Source of the DNA: an uncultured Flavobacteriaceae bacterium
GTDB taxonomy: Bacteria; Pseudomonadota; Alphaproteobacteria; Micropepsales; Micropepsaceae
Direction of reading: 5' to 3'
DNA length: 64,000 nt
Assembly (NCBI GenBank): GCA_964647355.1
Contig: CAZYGK010000006.1
Location: 1,215-65,214, forward strand
Shown here: piece after piece, positions 48,345-58,450 of the stretch
Position numbering within the stretch: the stretch's first letter is position 1
Layout of the letters: the number at the start of each line of letters is the position of its first letter
Notes under the pieces: generated by a model
Seen by the model: only the letters and a program-made list of their open reading frames with translations
What the model was told of the DNA's origin: nothing
The model's database searches: none
Translations under genes and position numbers: made by a program

Positions 48345-49120
48345 ATCAGCCCGGCCAGCGGCGACGACGGATCGGCGTAGCTCTTCTTCTTCATCCGCCC
48401 CGCGAGATAGGCAAGCCGGCCCGACTCGACCGCGAGCCTCATGGCGCGCGCCATCATGATCGGGTTCTTTGCCTCGGCGATCGCCGTGTTCATGAGCACG
48501 CCGTCGCAACCAAGCTCCATCGCGACCGCGGCGTCCGACGCCGTCCCGACGCCCGCATCGACGAGCACCGGCACCTTCGCCGCCTCAATGATGAGCCTGA
48601 TGTTCACCGGGTTCTGAATGCCGAGGCCCGAGCCGATCGGCGCCGCAAGCGGCATGATCGCCGCGGCACCCGCATCCTCAAGACGCTTGCACATCAACGG
48701 ATCGTCGCTGCAATAGACCATCACCTGGAAATCGTCCTTGGCGAGGATCTCGGTCGCGCGCAACGTCTCGACCATATCGGGATAGAGCGTCTTGCGATCG
48801 CCCAGCACCTCGAGCTTCACCAGCGACCAACCACCTGCCTCGCGCGCGAGCCGCAGCGTACGCATCGCTTCTTCCGCCGTGTAGCAACCGGCTGTGTTGG
48901 GCAAATAGACGTACTTTTTCGGATCGATGAAATCGACGAGCTTTGGGCTCCCCGCATCGGCGACATTCACCCGCCTCAGCGCCACTGTCACGATCTCCGC
49001 CCCGGACGCCTCAAGCGCCGCCGCGTTCTCGGCGTAGTCCTTGTACTTGCCCGTCCCGATGATGAGACGCGAGCGGAACGTCCGCCCCGCCACGGTCCAC
49101 GTATCGTTTTGCACGCTCAT
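48341..49120 (-). CDS. thiG: Thiazole synthase ThiG
   Basis: The sequence shows [11 protein letters not shown]... and a TIM barrel with KLEVLGD...LYPD and [12 protein letters not shown]. Confidence 0.95.
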   Translation of the reverse strand: MSVQNDTWTVAGRTFRSRLIIGTGKYKDYAENAAALEASGAEIVTVALRRVNVADAGSPKLVDFIDPKKYVYLPNTAGCYTAEEAMRTLRLAREAGGWSLVKLEVLGDRKTLYPDMVETLRATEILAKDDFQVMVYCSDDPLMCKRLEDAGAAAIMPLAAPIGSGLGIQNPVNIRLIIEAAKVPVLVDAGVGTASDAAVAMELGCDGVLMNTAIAEAKNPIMMARAMRLAVESGRLAYLAGRMKKKSYADPSSPLAGLI

Positions 49121-49123
49121 CCC

Positions 49124-49324
49124 CTATCCGCCGCCGACAAAATTGACGATCTCAAGCCGGTCCCCGTCGTCCAACATCGTGTCCGCGTACGTCGAGCGCG
49201 GAACAATCTCCAAATTGCGTTCGATCGCGACCTTCCGCGCGTCCAAGCCCAACCGCTCGACCAACCTGGCCAGCGTCATGGGGCCAGACAACTCGTGATC
49301 CTGGCCGTTGAGCTGAATGCGCAT
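49124..49324 (-). CDS. thiS: Sulfur carrier protein ThiS
   Basis: The ORF track gives 49124..49366. ATG at 49324 gives a 66-aa protein, [12 protein letters not shown]...[13 protein letters not shown], with the C-terminal GG. Confidence 0.85.
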   Translation of the reverse strand: MRIQLNGQDHELSGPMTLARLVERLGLDARKVAIERNLEIVPRSTYADTMLDDGDRLEIVNFVGGG

Positions 49325-49483
49325 ACGAAGCTGATTCCCGCTGTCCAAATCCATCCGGTTCGTCAATGAGATAGCGCCCCGGCCCGCCGCTAACCACCCG
49401 TCATATGGTGCCTTTCGCCCTTATCGGGGACTGGCTATAACGGCGGCGCATTTCTTCACCATGGACGCCCGGGCCCACACAAG

Positions 49484-49933
49484 ATGGCCAAGCCAATTTT
49501 CGTCCTGAATGGGCCCAATCTGAACCTCCTGGGCCAGCGCGAGCCCGAGGTGTATGGCCACACGACCCTGGCCGACATCGAGGCCCAGGTGCGCGCCAGG
49601 GCCGCCCAGGCGGGCATGACGATCGAGTTCCGCCAGTCGAACCACGAGGGCGATCTCGTCGACTGGCTCCAGGAAGCCCGCAAAGCGGCCGCGGGCGTCA
49701 TCTTGAATGCCGGCGCCTATACCCATACGTCCGTCGCGTTGCATGACGCGCTCAAATCGGTCGAGGTTCCCGTGATCGAGGTCCACATCTCAAACCCGTA
49801 TCGCCGCGAGCCGTTTCGCCATACGTCTTACGTTTCACCCGTCGTCACGGGGACAATTTGCGGCGTCGGCGCCCAAGGCTATGCCTTGGCAGTCGAAGCC
49901 CTCGTCCAACTGACGGCGCCCAAGAAGGCCTGA
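49484..49933 (+). CDS. aroQ: Type II 3-dehydroquinate dehydratase
   Basis: The sequence shows IFVLNGPNLNLLGQREPEVYG...FRQSNHEG.L...INAGAYTHTSVAL.DA. Confidence 0.95.
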   Translation: MAKPIFVLNGPNLNLLGQREPEVYGHTTLADIEAQVRARAAQAGMTIEFRQSNHEGDLVDWLQEARKAAAGVILNAGAYTHTSVALHDALKSVEVPVIEVHISNPYRREPFRHTSYVSPVVTGTICGVGAQGYALAVEALVQLTAPKKA

Positions 49934-49935
49934 GT

Positions 49936-50394
49936 ATGAGCAAAGAAGAAAAACCCGATCCGCTGGAAGGCAAACTGATCCGCGATCTGGCGGCCATCCT
50001 GGAAGAAACGGGCCTCAGCGAGATCGAGATCGAAAAGGCCGGCTTGCGCGTGCGCGTCGCGCGCAACATCCAGATGGTCGCTGCCGCCGTCGCGGCAGCT
50101 CCGGCAGCGGCAGCCGCCAAACCCGCCGCCGGCGCAAAGCCGACGGACCTCTCCAGCCACCCGGGTCTCGTGGCCTCGCCGATGGTCGGCACCGCCTACG
50201 TCGCGCCGTCGCCGGGGGCAAATACGTTCGTAAAGATCGGCGACATGGTCACCGAGGGGCAGACCCTCCTGATCATCGAAGCGATGAAGACGATGAACCA
50301 AATCCCGTCGCCCCGTGCAGGCCGGGTCACCCAGATCATCATCAGCGACGGTCAGCCGGTCGAATTCGGCGAACCCCTGATGGTCATCGAGTAG
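49936..50394 (+). CDS. accB: Acetyl-CoA carboxylase biotin carboxyl carrier protein
   Basis: The ORF track gives 49858..50394. ATG at 49936 gives MSKEEKPD... An Ala/Pro linker is followed by the biotinylation motif IIEAMKTMN. Confidence 0.9.
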   Translation: MSKEEKPDPLEGKLIRDLAAILEETGLSEIEIEKAGLRVRVARNIQMVAAAVAAAPAAAAAKPAAGAKPTDLSSHPGLVASPMVGTAYVAPSPGANTFVKIGDMVTEGQTLLIIEAMKTMNQIPSPRAGRVTQIIISDGQPVEFGEPLMVIE

Positions 50395-50401
50395 AGCGTC
50401 G

Positions 50402-51748
50402 ATGTTCGACAAGGTCCTCATTGCCAACCGCGGTGAGATCGCATTGCGCGTCAATCGCGCGTGCCACGAGATGGGCATCAAGACGGTGGCCATCCACTCG
50501 ACCGCGGACGCAAACGCCATGCACGTGCGCATGGCGGACGAGAGCGTCTGCGTCGGCCCGCCGCCCGCGCGCGACAGCTACCTGAACATCCCGGCAATCG
50601 TGACCGCCTGCGAAGTCACCGGCGCCCAAGCCGTTCACCCCGGCTACGGCTTCCTCTCCGAGAACGCGCGCTTTGCCGAAATCATCGAAGAGCACGGCAT
50701 CATCTTCATCGGCCCGAAGCCCGACCACATCCGCCTCATGGGTGACAAGATCGAGGCGAAGAAAGCCGTCAAGCGCCTAGGCATTCCGGTTGTTCCGGGC
50801 TCCGACGGCGGCGTCTCGAACGACGAAGACGCCAAGCGCGTCGCTGCGGCGATCGGCTACCCCGTCCTTGTGAAGGCGGCAGCCGGTGGCGGCGGGCGCG
50901 GCATGAAGGTTGCCCGCAGTGAATCCGAACTGTCCCTCGCCCTTGCGACCGCACGCTCGGAAGCGAAAGCCGCCTTCGGCGACGATTCCGTCTACCTCGA
51001 GAAGTACCTTCAGCTCCCGCGCCACATCGAAGTCCAGGTTCTGGCCGACAGCCAAGGCAAGGTGATCCACCTCGGCGAGCGCGATTGCTCGCTGCAGCGC
51101 CGTCACCAGAAAGTTTGGGAAGAAGCCGGCTCGCCCGCGCTCAACGCCGAAGCGCGCGACAAAATCGGCAATATTGTGACGAACGCCCTCATGAAGCTCG
51201 GCTATCTCGGCGTCGGCACGATCGAGTTCTTGTACGAGAACGGCGAGTTCTACTTCATCGAGATGAACACGCGCCTCCAGGTCGAACACCCCGTAACCGA
51301 GATGATCACGGGCCTCGACCTCGTACGCGAACAGGTGCGCGTCGCCCACGGCGGATCGATCGGTTTCGACCAGTCGGACGTGACGTTCTCGGGCCATGCC
51401 ATCGAGTGCCGGATCAACGCGGAAAACCCGCAAACGTTCCGCCCGTCGCCGGGCCTGATCAAGGATTTTCACGTGCCTGGCGGCCTCGGCGTGCGCGTCG
51501 ATTCGGCCGCCTATTCGGGCTACAAGATCCCGCCTTACTACGACAGCTTGATCGGCAAGTTGATCGTGCACGGCCGCAATCGCAACGAATGCATGATGCG
51601 CCTACGCCGCTCGCTGTCTGAGTTCGTCATCGACGGCGTCGAAACGACGATCCCGCTATTTCAAAAGCTCGTCACGGAACCCGACATCGTCAACGGCGAC
51701 TACTCAATTCACTGGCTTGAGAATTTCCTGAAGCGGCAAGCCGGCTAA
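50402..51748 (+). CDS. accC: Acetyl-CoA carboxylase biotin carboxylase subunit
   Basis: The N-terminus is MFDKVLIANRGEIALRV. An ATP-grasp domain is present (GGGGRGMK, EMNTRLQVEHPVTE). Confidence 0.95.
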   Translation: MFDKVLIANRGEIALRVNRACHEMGIKTVAIHSTADANAMHVRMADESVCVGPPPARDSYLNIPAIVTACEVTGAQAVHPGYGFLSENARFAEIIEEHGIIFIGPKPDHIRLMGDKIEAKKAVKRLGIPVVPGSDGGVSNDEDAKRVAAAIGYPVLVKAAAGGGGRGMKVARSESELSLALATARSEAKAAFGDDSVYLEKYLQLPRHIEVQVLADSQGKVIHLGERDCSLQRRHQKVWEEAGSPALNAEARDKIGNIVTNALMKLGYLGVGTIEFLYENGEFYFIEMNTRLQVEHPVTEMITGLDLVREQVRVAHGGSIGFDQSDVTFSGHAIECRINAENPQTFRPSPGLIKDFHVPGGLGVRVDSAAYSGYKIPPYYDSLIGKLIVHGRNRNECMMRLRRSLSEFVIDGVETTIPLFQKLVTEPDIVNGDYSIHWLENFLKRQAG

Positions 51749-51760
51749 AGGCCCATACCG

Positions 51761-52396
51761 ATGGTTCGAAGCCGAGCCACGATCATCCCGGAGCGAACGC
51801 TGCTCGCCGCCTACCGCAGCGGCCAGTTTCCGATGGCCGAGACTCGCACGGACGAAGATGTCTATTGGATCGATCCGCCCTTGCGCGGAATCCTCCCCCT
51901 CGATGCCTTTCACGTCCCGAAGCGATTGGCGCGCACCATGCGTTCGGGCCGCTTTGCAGTCACGGTCGACAAGGCGTTCACGGCGGTGATGGCGGCGTGT
52001 GCCGCGGCGGCGCGCGGACGCCTCAACACGTGGATCAATCCCCTGATCGAACGCTCGTACGCGAACCTTCATGCGAACGGTCACGCTCACAGTGTCGAGG
52101 TTTGGGTCGATGGCGTCCTGGTCGGCGGCCTCTACGGCGTTTCCATCGGTGCGGCGTTTTTCGGCGAGAGCATGTTCAGCCGCGAAACCGACGCCAGCAA
52201 AGTGGCGCTCGTCCATCTCGCCGAGCGCCTCAAGGCGGGCGGTTACAAGCTGCTCGACACGCAGTTCATAACCGAACACCTGAAGCAGTTCGGCGCAGTC
52301 GAAATACCTCGCGCCCGCTACAAACGGCTGCTTGCCGAAGCGGTCGACGCGAAGTCGGACTTCTACGTGTTGGGCGGCGCTGGTGCGGCCGGCTGA
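51761..52396 (+). CDS. aat: Leucyl/phenylalanyl-tRNA--protein transferase
   Basis: The sequence shows [12 protein letters not shown]...W..P..RGILPLD.FHV.KRL and [27 protein letters not shown]...DASKVAL. Confidence 0.9.
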   Translation: MVRSRATIIPERTLLAAYRSGQFPMAETRTDEDVYWIDPPLRGILPLDAFHVPKRLARTMRSGRFAVTVDKAFTAVMAACAAAARGRLNTWINPLIERSYANLHANGHAHSVEVWVDGVLVGGLYGVSIGAAFFGESMFSRETDASKVALVHLAERLKAGGYKLLDTQFITEHLKQFGAVEIPRARYKRLLAEAVDAKSDFYVLGGAGAAG

Positions 52397-52938
52397 GTGG
52401 GCGCCGTCTTACAGTTGACGACCCACACGTCGTACACCGCATGCTCCAACGCATTGAGCGCCGGACTCGACGCGAACATCCACCCCGAGAAGATCTTCTG
52501 GATGGTCCCGTCCGGCTTGCGATCTTGAATCTCGAGGAACGCGGCCGACTCCGGCGGCTCCTCCGGCGGGCGGGTTTTGCAGGCGCGCGCCGTCACAATG
52601 AGCGTGTTGTAGAACACGGGCTGGTTCAGCTTGACCTCAAGCTTGGCCGTGCGCGCGGCAACCTTGTCGAGACCGCCCAAAATCACACCGGTGGCAATCG
52701 GTGCGGCGCTCGACGGCGGCGCAGGCGTGATCACCTCCGGTGGCGGCGCCGGCGGTTCGACGACCGCTTCGCCTGATGGCGTTTCGACGGGCGGCAGCGG
52801 CGCCCCCGGATCGGTCTGCGGCGCAGGTTCGGCCGGCGTCGGGATGGGGGTGTCGACCGGCGGGGCGGTGTCTTGAGCAAGCGCAAGGCTCGCCGCAAAG
52901 GCAACCGACGACGCGAGCAATACGAGGGAACGCTTCAT
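52363..52938 (-). CDS. Exported DUF2155-like protein with a Pro-rich N-terminal region
   Basis: A signal peptide [21 protein letters not shown]|Q is followed by a Pro-rich linker and a conserved C-terminal domain ([13 protein letters not shown]...[23 protein letters not shown]). The family name is from memory of the conserved aat / DUF2155 / NDUFA12 neighbourhood. Confidence 0.55.
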   Translation of the reverse strand: MKRSLVLLASSVAFAASLALAQDTAPPVDTPIPTPAEPAPQTDPGAPLPPVETPSGEAVVEPPAPPPEVITPAPPSSAAPIATGVILGGLDKVAARTAKLEVKLNQPVFYNTLIVTARACKTRPPEEPPESAAFLEIQDRKPDGTIQKIFSGWMFASSPALNALEHAVYDVWVVNCKTAPTQPAAPAPPNT

Positions 52939-52965
52939 GTCGTTACTGAACCTTCTGGGCCGCGG

Positions 52966-53466
52966 CTATTGCGGCGTCGCTGGTGCTGGTGCAGGCGCGC
53001 TCGGTGGCGCATCTTCTTTCTTTTCGTCGCCGCCGCCCAGCATCGATGTCACGGCCAGGTTCAACAGGTCGACCGAGCCTTGCGTCGTCTCGAACTCGGC
53101 TCCCGCCTTCATCATTTCGTCGCTGCCGCCGGGCGACACCGCCAAATACGTCCCGCCGAGCAGACCCTCCGTCGAAACCTTGATCGAGGAGTCTTCCGGC
53201 ACCGCGATGTCCTGCTTGATGTTCATCTTCACGAGCGCGCGATATGTCTTCTGATCGAGGTCTTGCGACGTTACCGAGCCGATCTTGATCCCCGACATCC
53301 GCACATCGGTACCCACCGACACACCGTCGATCTTGTCGAAGCGCGCAATGACCTCGTAGCCCGACACCGCACCGGCGCCCGTGGAACTCCAGCCGTAGTA
53401 GAAAAAGAACGCCGCGACCGCCACGACCGCCGCACCCAACAACGTTTCGACAAACCCGTTCTGCAT
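52966..53466 (-). CDS. mlaD: MlaD/MCE-domain protein (outer-membrane lipid asymmetry type), orphan
   Basis: The ORF track gives 52966..53520. ATG at 53466 gives MQNGFVETLLGAAVVAVAAFFFYY (TM segment). The MCE domain follows (F..IDGVSVGTDVRMSGIKIGSV). No mlaE or mlaF lies adjacent. Confidence 0.75.
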   Translation of the reverse strand: MQNGFVETLLGAAVVAVAAFFFYYGWSSTGAGAVSGYEVIARFDKIDGVSVGTDVRMSGIKIGSVTSQDLDQKTYRALVKMNIKQDIAVPEDSSIKVSTEGLLGGTYLAVSPGGSDEMMKAGAEFETTQGSVDLLNLAVTSMLGGGDEKKEDAPPSAPAPAPATPQ

Positions 53467-53476
53467 CTCGCTTCCC

Positions 53477-53860
53477 CTACTCCGGCTGCCAAGCTTCGTA
53501 ATCGCCCGTCGCAGACGCACGCTTACCGGCGCCCAACAAACTGCCTTGCGGACGGTACGCTGCCGCCGTGCCGGTCAAATTCGGTAGATGTTCCTTCTCC
53601 CATGGCTTCACTTTTGGCGGCGCAATCGTCGGCGGTTCGTCCACCGTATGATGCAGCCAGCCATGCCACTCCGCGGGCACCAACGACGCCTCGGCCACAT
53701 CCTTGTAAATCACCCAGCGCCGCTTGCCGTCGCGCGACCGGTAGTAGGCGTTGCCGAGCACGTCCTCGCCCACGAACGCGCCGTTGCGCTTCGTGTAAAT
53801 CCAGGTGCCGAGCGTGCTTCCGTTCCACCAGGTCAGTGTCCAGTTCAAGAACTTGATCAT
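53477..53860 (-). CDS. NADH:ubiquinone oxidoreductase subunit NDUFA12 family protein
   Basis: The sequence shows WWNGSTLGTWIYTKRNGAFVGEDVLGNAYY...RRWVIY...EASLVPAEWHGWLHHT, characteristic of the NDUFA12 family. Confidence 0.85.
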   Translation of the reverse strand: MIKFLNWTLTWWNGSTLGTWIYTKRNGAFVGEDVLGNAYYRSRDGKRRWVIYKDVAEASLVPAEWHGWLHHTVDEPPTIAPPKVKPWEKEHLPNLTGTAAAYRPQGSLLGAGKRASATGDYEAWQPE

Positions 53861-54017
53861 TGCGGGCAGAAAACTCCTGACTCAGCGAAAGCGCGGCGGA
53901 CTATGGCGTGCAGCGCGTAGCCCCGTAAAGCTGTACCAAAGGCGGCCTCAGCCATCATGTCCTAACGAATGCCCACTTATCCAAGACCCCTCGTGGGTTG
54001 TGTTGTCGCAGATACTA

Positions 54018-56882
54018 CTACTTTTGGCTGGTCGCGCCCGGAACCACACGAACCTCGATCCGCCGTACGCCGAGAAACTGCTTCGCCGCCGCCACCACTT
54101 CGTCCCGGGTGATTCCCTCAAGATCGGCGAGTTGGCTCCGGATGGTCTCGATCGCCCGGGGCTCGCTTTGGATGTCTTCGAGCGCCCCCAACCAATAGCC
54201 GTTCGACTGCCGGTCCGTCTCCACCCCTTTGACCAAGGGCTCCCTTGCCCGCTTCAGAACGTCATCTGTCAGCGCCCCGGATTTCAGCTCGCCGACGATC
54301 TTGTCCACCGTCTTGAAGAACCCTTCGACAAGCTCGGGCCGCGTCTCGGCCGACGCGGCCACGAACCCGAAGTCCGGCAGCGCCCCCGAATTCCACGAGC
54401 CCACGGAAGGCGAATAGGTCGCCCCCTGCGCTTCGCGGAACTCCTCGGTCAACCGCACCTCCAAAACCTCTCGCAGCAACGAAAGAGTCCGCGCCCGCCG
54501 CGGGCTCGAATAGAAATCGGGTGCCGCCCAAGCGACATAGGCCGATGCCTGATCCGCACGCCCCTCGTGCGTAAAGCGCAGCGTCTTCGAAGCCGTCGGG
54601 AAGCGCACGTCGCGTGCGCCTGGCGCCTCGGTAAGCTTCGCCGCGCGCGCAGGAAGCGCACCGAAGGTAGCAGCCGTCGCCTGAACCACGTCATCCAGGC
54701 CTGCATCGCCCACCACCGTGATCTCGATAGGCGCTGACGCCAACACCGGCTTCATCACCGCCTCGACATCGGAAATCTTGAGTGCCTTCACGTCCGCAAT
54801 CTTTGGAAACGCCCAGCGTGAATCGCCAGACCGCAGAAACGTCCCGGCTTCCCGTTCGATCACGCGCCCCGGACTGGACGCATACTGCTTGATGAAGTTC
54901 TCGGCCGCGTTCTGCAGCCGCTCGAGCCCGCCGCCGCGATACGCCGGGTCCGTCGTGAACGCCGCCAGCAACTGCATTTGCAGCAAGAGGTCGCGCCCGT
55001 TCGTACCGCCGCTCAGCTCGAACGACTCCTCGTCTAGGTTCAGCCCGTTCGACACAATGCGGCCGGCAAGCGACTCATCGAGTTCGTCCGCCGTCAGCTG
55101 TTTCAAGCCGCCCTCGCTGAACCCGAACGGCAGCGCCATTGCCAAGCCGATCTTGTTCTTGGGCAGGTGGATGTACCCGCCGGAGAACCGGACAACGACA
55201 TAGACCGTGTCCTTTTCGAACTCCGTTCGTTTGAAATTTAGCTTCACGCCGTTCGCAAAGCGGATTGCCGTCGCGCCGAGATCGGCGATCTCCTTCCGCT
55301 CGGCGACAACACCCGGCGCACCGAAATTGGCGTATGGAAACACCTTCGCATCGTCTTTGGTCGGCGCAGCAACGGCCACCTTGACGCTGTCCTCATACGC
55401 CGCAGCAACCGCCGCATCGCCGCCCGAAATCGGCGAGCTCGACGAAACGAAGATCAACGGCCCTTGCCCGCCGGCCACTTCACGCAATGCCGCCAGCGCG
55501 CTCGCAGGCGTCACGCCGGCCGCCGCCTTCTCGAAGCGCACGAGTTGATCCGACGGCGGCGAGAACACGGATCGGTCCGAGAACGATCCCACCAACTGAT
55601 CCGCCAGCCCCCGCGTTTCCCGCGTCGACTGAGTGGCAACCGCATTCTCTAGCGACGCACGCCACTCTTTCAATTCACGGTCGATCTCGCTCTGCGTAAA
55701 ACCGTGCTCACGCGCGCGCCGATACTCTTGTTCCGCGGCCGCAAGGCCCTGCCGCCACTGACCCGGCCGCGTTGAGACTGACAAGCCCATGGTCTGCGAC
55801 ACGCCGCGCTGATTGTTGAGCCCGACGCCCGCACCCACGAACGGCGGGTTGCCGCCGCGCGCAATCCGCGCGATCCGCCGGCTGATCACCGCGAGCGCGA
55901 TCCGGCGTTTCAGATTGCGCGCCCGCGCAGCAACCGTATCCGCCGCGTCGTCGGGCTCCTGAAACCAGGTCACGGAGGCGCTTTCCGGCAAGTTCGCTTC
56001 GACATGCGAAACGGCGAGGAGCCCGCGGGCTTTCACCGCTCCCTGCGCCGGATCGGCGGGATCTTTGCCCTCGCCCTGCCAATCGGAGAACTTCGTTTTG
56101 ATCTTCGCCTCGATGTCGGCTGGATCGAAATCTCCCGTCGCAACCAACAGCGTGCGTTCCGGCCGGTAGTGGCGCCGGTAATAGTCCGAGAGCAGATCCC
56201 GCGTCGCACCCTTGATCGTCTCTGCCGTACCGATCGGAAGCCGCAGCGCTTGCCGCTGCCCCTCATAGGAAAGCCGCCAGCGCGCTTCGAACGCCCGGTA
56301 CTCCGGCGTACTGCGCGTCCTCAGTTCCGAGAGCACAACGCCCTTCTCGCGCTCGATCGCGGCCGGATCGAGTGTGAGCCTGTCGCCCACTTCGCGAAAC
56401 AGCATCAAGCCCGTGTCGACCAAATCGGCATCGTTCTTCGGCAACTCAAGCTGGTAGACCGTCTCGTCCGTCGACGTGTACGCGTTCGTGTGCGCGCCAA
56501 ACGCGAGCCCCTTGCGCTGCAACAGCTTGACGAACTCGCCCTCCGGAACGTTTTTCGAACCGTTAAACGCCATGTGCTCCATGAAGTGCGCAAGGCCCTG
56601 CTGCGCGTCGCTCTCCTGCAGCGAACCGGCCGCGATCCGGAACCGCAGCGAAATCGTGCCCTTCGGCTGCACATTGCGCATGAGCGCATAGCGCATGCCG
56701 TTCGGCAGAACCCCAAAGCGCACCCCCGCGTCGGGCCGGATGTCGCTGACCTCCTGCGGCCAATAACCGTACTCGGGTCGACTGTCGCGCTGCGGCGACG
56801 AAGCGCCACCCGGGCCCGGTTGCACACACGCGGATAGAAGCAGCGCGAGTACGACCGCGCCAACACGCACTACGAACTGCAT
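54018..56882 (-). CDS. M16-family (insulinase/pitrilysin-like) zinc peptidase, fused two-unit form
   Basis: The ORF track starts at TTG 56900. ATG at 56882, preceded by AAGGAAG, gives a lipoprotein-like signal (LALLLSA|C). The inverted zinc motif HxxEH is in GLAHFMEHMAFNG. The second half is an inactive M16 repeat. Confidence 0.85.
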   Translation of the reverse strand: MQFVVRVGAVVLALLLSACVQPGPGGASSPQRDSRPEYGYWPQEVSDIRPDAGVRFGVLPNGMRYALMRNVQPKGTISLRFRIAAGSLQESDAQQGLAHFMEHMAFNGSKNVPEGEFVKLLQRKGLAFGAHTNAYTSTDETVYQLELPKNDADLVDTGLMLFREVGDRLTLDPAAIEREKGVVLSELRTRSTPEYRAFEARWRLSYEGQRQALRLPIGTAETIKGATRDLLSDYYRRHYRPERTLLVATGDFDPADIEAKIKTKFSDWQGEGKDPADPAQGAVKARGLLAVSHVEANLPESASVTWFQEPDDAADTVAARARNLKRRIALAVISRRIARIARGGNPPFVGAGVGLNNQRGVSQTMGLSVSTRPGQWRQGLAAAEQEYRRAREHGFTQSEIDRELKEWRASLENAVATQSTRETRGLADQLVGSFSDRSVFSPPSDQLVRFEKAAAGVTPASALAALREVAGGQGPLIFVSSSSPISGGDAAVAAAYEDSVKVAVAAPTKDDAKVFPYANFGAPGVVAERKEIADLGATAIRFANGVKLNFKRTEFEKDTVYVVVRFSGGYIHLPKNKIGLAMALPFGFSEGGLKQLTADELDESLAGRIVSNGLNLDEESFELSGGTNGRDLLLQMQLLAAFTTDPAYRGGGLERLQNAAENFIKQYASSPGRVIEREAGTFLRSGDSRWAFPKIADVKALKISDVEAVMKPVLASAPIEITVVGDAGLDDVVQATAATFGALPARAAKLTEAPGARDVRFPTASKTLRFTHEGRADQASAYVAWAAPDFYSSPRRARTLSLLREVLEVRLTEEFREAQGATYSPSVGSWNSGALPDFGFVAASAETRPELVEGFFKTVDKIVGELKSGALTDDVLKRAREPLVKGVETDRQSNGYWLGALEDIQSEPRAIETIRSQLADLEGITRDEVVAAAKQFLGVRRIEVRVVPGATSQK

Positions 56883-56906
56883 CTGCTTCCTTAACTCCAA
56901 AGACGA

Positions 56907-57992
56907 CTACGCGTCGAACATGATCACCGAACGCGCGAGCTCCCCACGCTTCAGTTCGTCGAAACCTTCGTTCACTTGGTCGAGCTTGATTCGGCGCGAG
57001 ATCATCTCGTCGAGCTTGAGCTTACCCGCCATGTAGAAATCGACGAGCCGCGGCATGTCGACCGGGAAGCGGTTCGATCCCATCAGCGAACCCTGAATGC
57101 GCTTCTCGCCAAGGAAGTCCGCCCCGTGCAGCTCGATATTCACGCCGACCGGGATCATCCCGATGATGTTCGCCGTACCGCCGCGGCCGAGCATCCGGAA
57201 CGCCTGCTCCGCCGTCTGCTTCAGCCCGATCGCTTCGAACGAGTGATGCACCCCGCCCGACGTCATCTCGATGACTTGTTTGACCGGATCGCCGTCCTTC
57301 GGATTGACCGTATCCGTCGCACCGAAATGCTTCGCAAGGTTCAGCTTCGAGCCCTGCATGTCGACCGCGATAATGCGCCCGGCACCTGCGATCGCCGCCC
57401 CGTTGATGCAGGCAAGACCCACGCCGCCGCAGCCGATCACCGCAACCGTCTCGCCGGGCCTGACCTTCGACGTATGCATGACCGCGCCGACGCCCGTCAT
57501 GACCGAACAGCCGATCAGCGCCGCCCGGTCGAGCGGCATGTCTTTGCGGATCTTCACGCAGGCATGCTCGTGGATCAGCATCTGCTCGGCGAACGAGGAG
57601 AGGTTCAAGAACTGGTTCATCGGATCGGCGTCTTTGGCGAGCCGCGGAGCCTCACCCTTCTGCCGCTTCGTTTCCGGGCTCACGCAGCGCGACATATGCC
57701 CAGTCAGGCAGTGCTCGCAGTGACCGCAAAACGCCGACAAACACGTGATCACGTGATCGCCCGGCTTCACGGTCCTGACTTCGCTGCCGACCTGCTCCAC
57801 AACGCCGGCGCTCTCGTGCCCCAGAACCGCCGGGAGTGGATACGGATAAAGCCCCTCGACGAAATGCAGATCCGAATGGCACACGCCCGCAGCCGAGGTG
57901 CGGATCAAAACCTCGTGCGGTCCCGGCTTGTTGATCTGCACGTTCTCGATGACGAGCGGCTTTTTGACCTCGCGAAGGACGGCGGCTTTCAT
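56907..57992 (-). CDS. Zinc-dependent alcohol dehydrogenase family protein
   Basis: The ORF track gives 56907..58286. ATG at 57992, preceded by AGGAG, gives MKAAVLREV... The catalytic Zn ligands are GVCHSDLH and GHESAG. The structural Zn site is CGHCEHCLTGHMSRC. The Rossmann motif is VIGCGGVG. Confidence 0.85.
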   Translation of the reverse strand: MKAAVLREVKKPLVIENVQINKPGPHEVLIRTSAAGVCHSDLHFVEGLYPYPLPAVLGHESAGVVEQVGSEVRTVKPGDHVITCLSAFCGHCEHCLTGHMSRCVSPETKRQKGEAPRLAKDADPMNQFLNLSSFAEQMLIHEHACVKIRKDMPLDRAALIGCSVMTGVGAVMHTSKVRPGETVAVIGCGGVGLACINGAAIAGAGRIIAVDMQGSKLNLAKHFGATDTVNPKDGDPVKQVIEMTSGGVHHSFEAIGLKQTAEQAFRMLGRGGTANIIGMIPVGVNIELHGADFLGEKRIQGSLMGSNRFPVDMPRLVDFYMAGKLKLDEMISRRIKLDQVNEGFDELKRGELARSVIMFDA

Positions 57993-58066
57993 GCGGGCGA
58001 TCTCCTGCGTTGCAAATGGCGGATGCATCGAAGCTACGCGACGAGGGACCCCGCTGTCAGCCCCAT

Positions 58067-58351
58067 TCACATGGTCGGCCGGCGCACGAATCCGGCATCG
58101 GGCGCCTCGGTTTCCTTGTGAATGTCGATGTTTGTGACCTGCGCCGCAGGCGGTCCTTGGGTCGTGGCTTTGAGCATGTCCTCGACCTTGGTGTCGGCGC
58201 CGGCGATCAACATCTCGACGCTGCCGTCCGACCGATTGCGCACCCACCCGTCGAGCCCGCGGCGCTTTGCCTCCGCGATCGCCCAATCCCGATAGCCGAC
58301 CCCCTGCACGGCGCCCTTGATCCGGAGGCGGAAAATCGTGATTTCGCTCAT
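58067..58351 (-). CDS. acyP: Acylphosphatase
   Basis: The ORF track gives 58067..58396. ATG at 58351 gives a 94-aa protein, MSEITIFRLRIKGAVQGVGYRDWA...GWVRNRSDGSVE. Confidence 0.85.
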   Translation of the reverse strand: MSEITIFRLRIKGAVQGVGYRDWAIAEAKRRGLDGWVRNRSDGSVEMLIAGADTKVEDMLKATTQGPPAAQVTNIDIHKETEAPDAGFVRRPTM

Positions 58352-58450
58352 CTTTATTAGAACTTTCGTTACAGTTTCGAATGTGACGGGGGACACTTAC
58401 TTAACCCGGCCGCGCGAGAATGTCCTCGAAGCATTCTGGGGGCGCGAGGG

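Noticed and set aside
49325-49483. A possible TPP (THI-box) riboswitch in the 159-nt leader upstream of thiS-thiG.
   Set aside because: The location is right and there is a faint resemblance (GGGGCGC ... UUGACGAACCGGAUGG ... AGCGGGAA). However, the invariant CUGAGA and ACCUGAUC..GG.UAAU.CC.GCG.AGGGA elements are absent on either strand. A covariance-model (Infernal RF00059) scan would be the decisive test, and I expect no significant hit.
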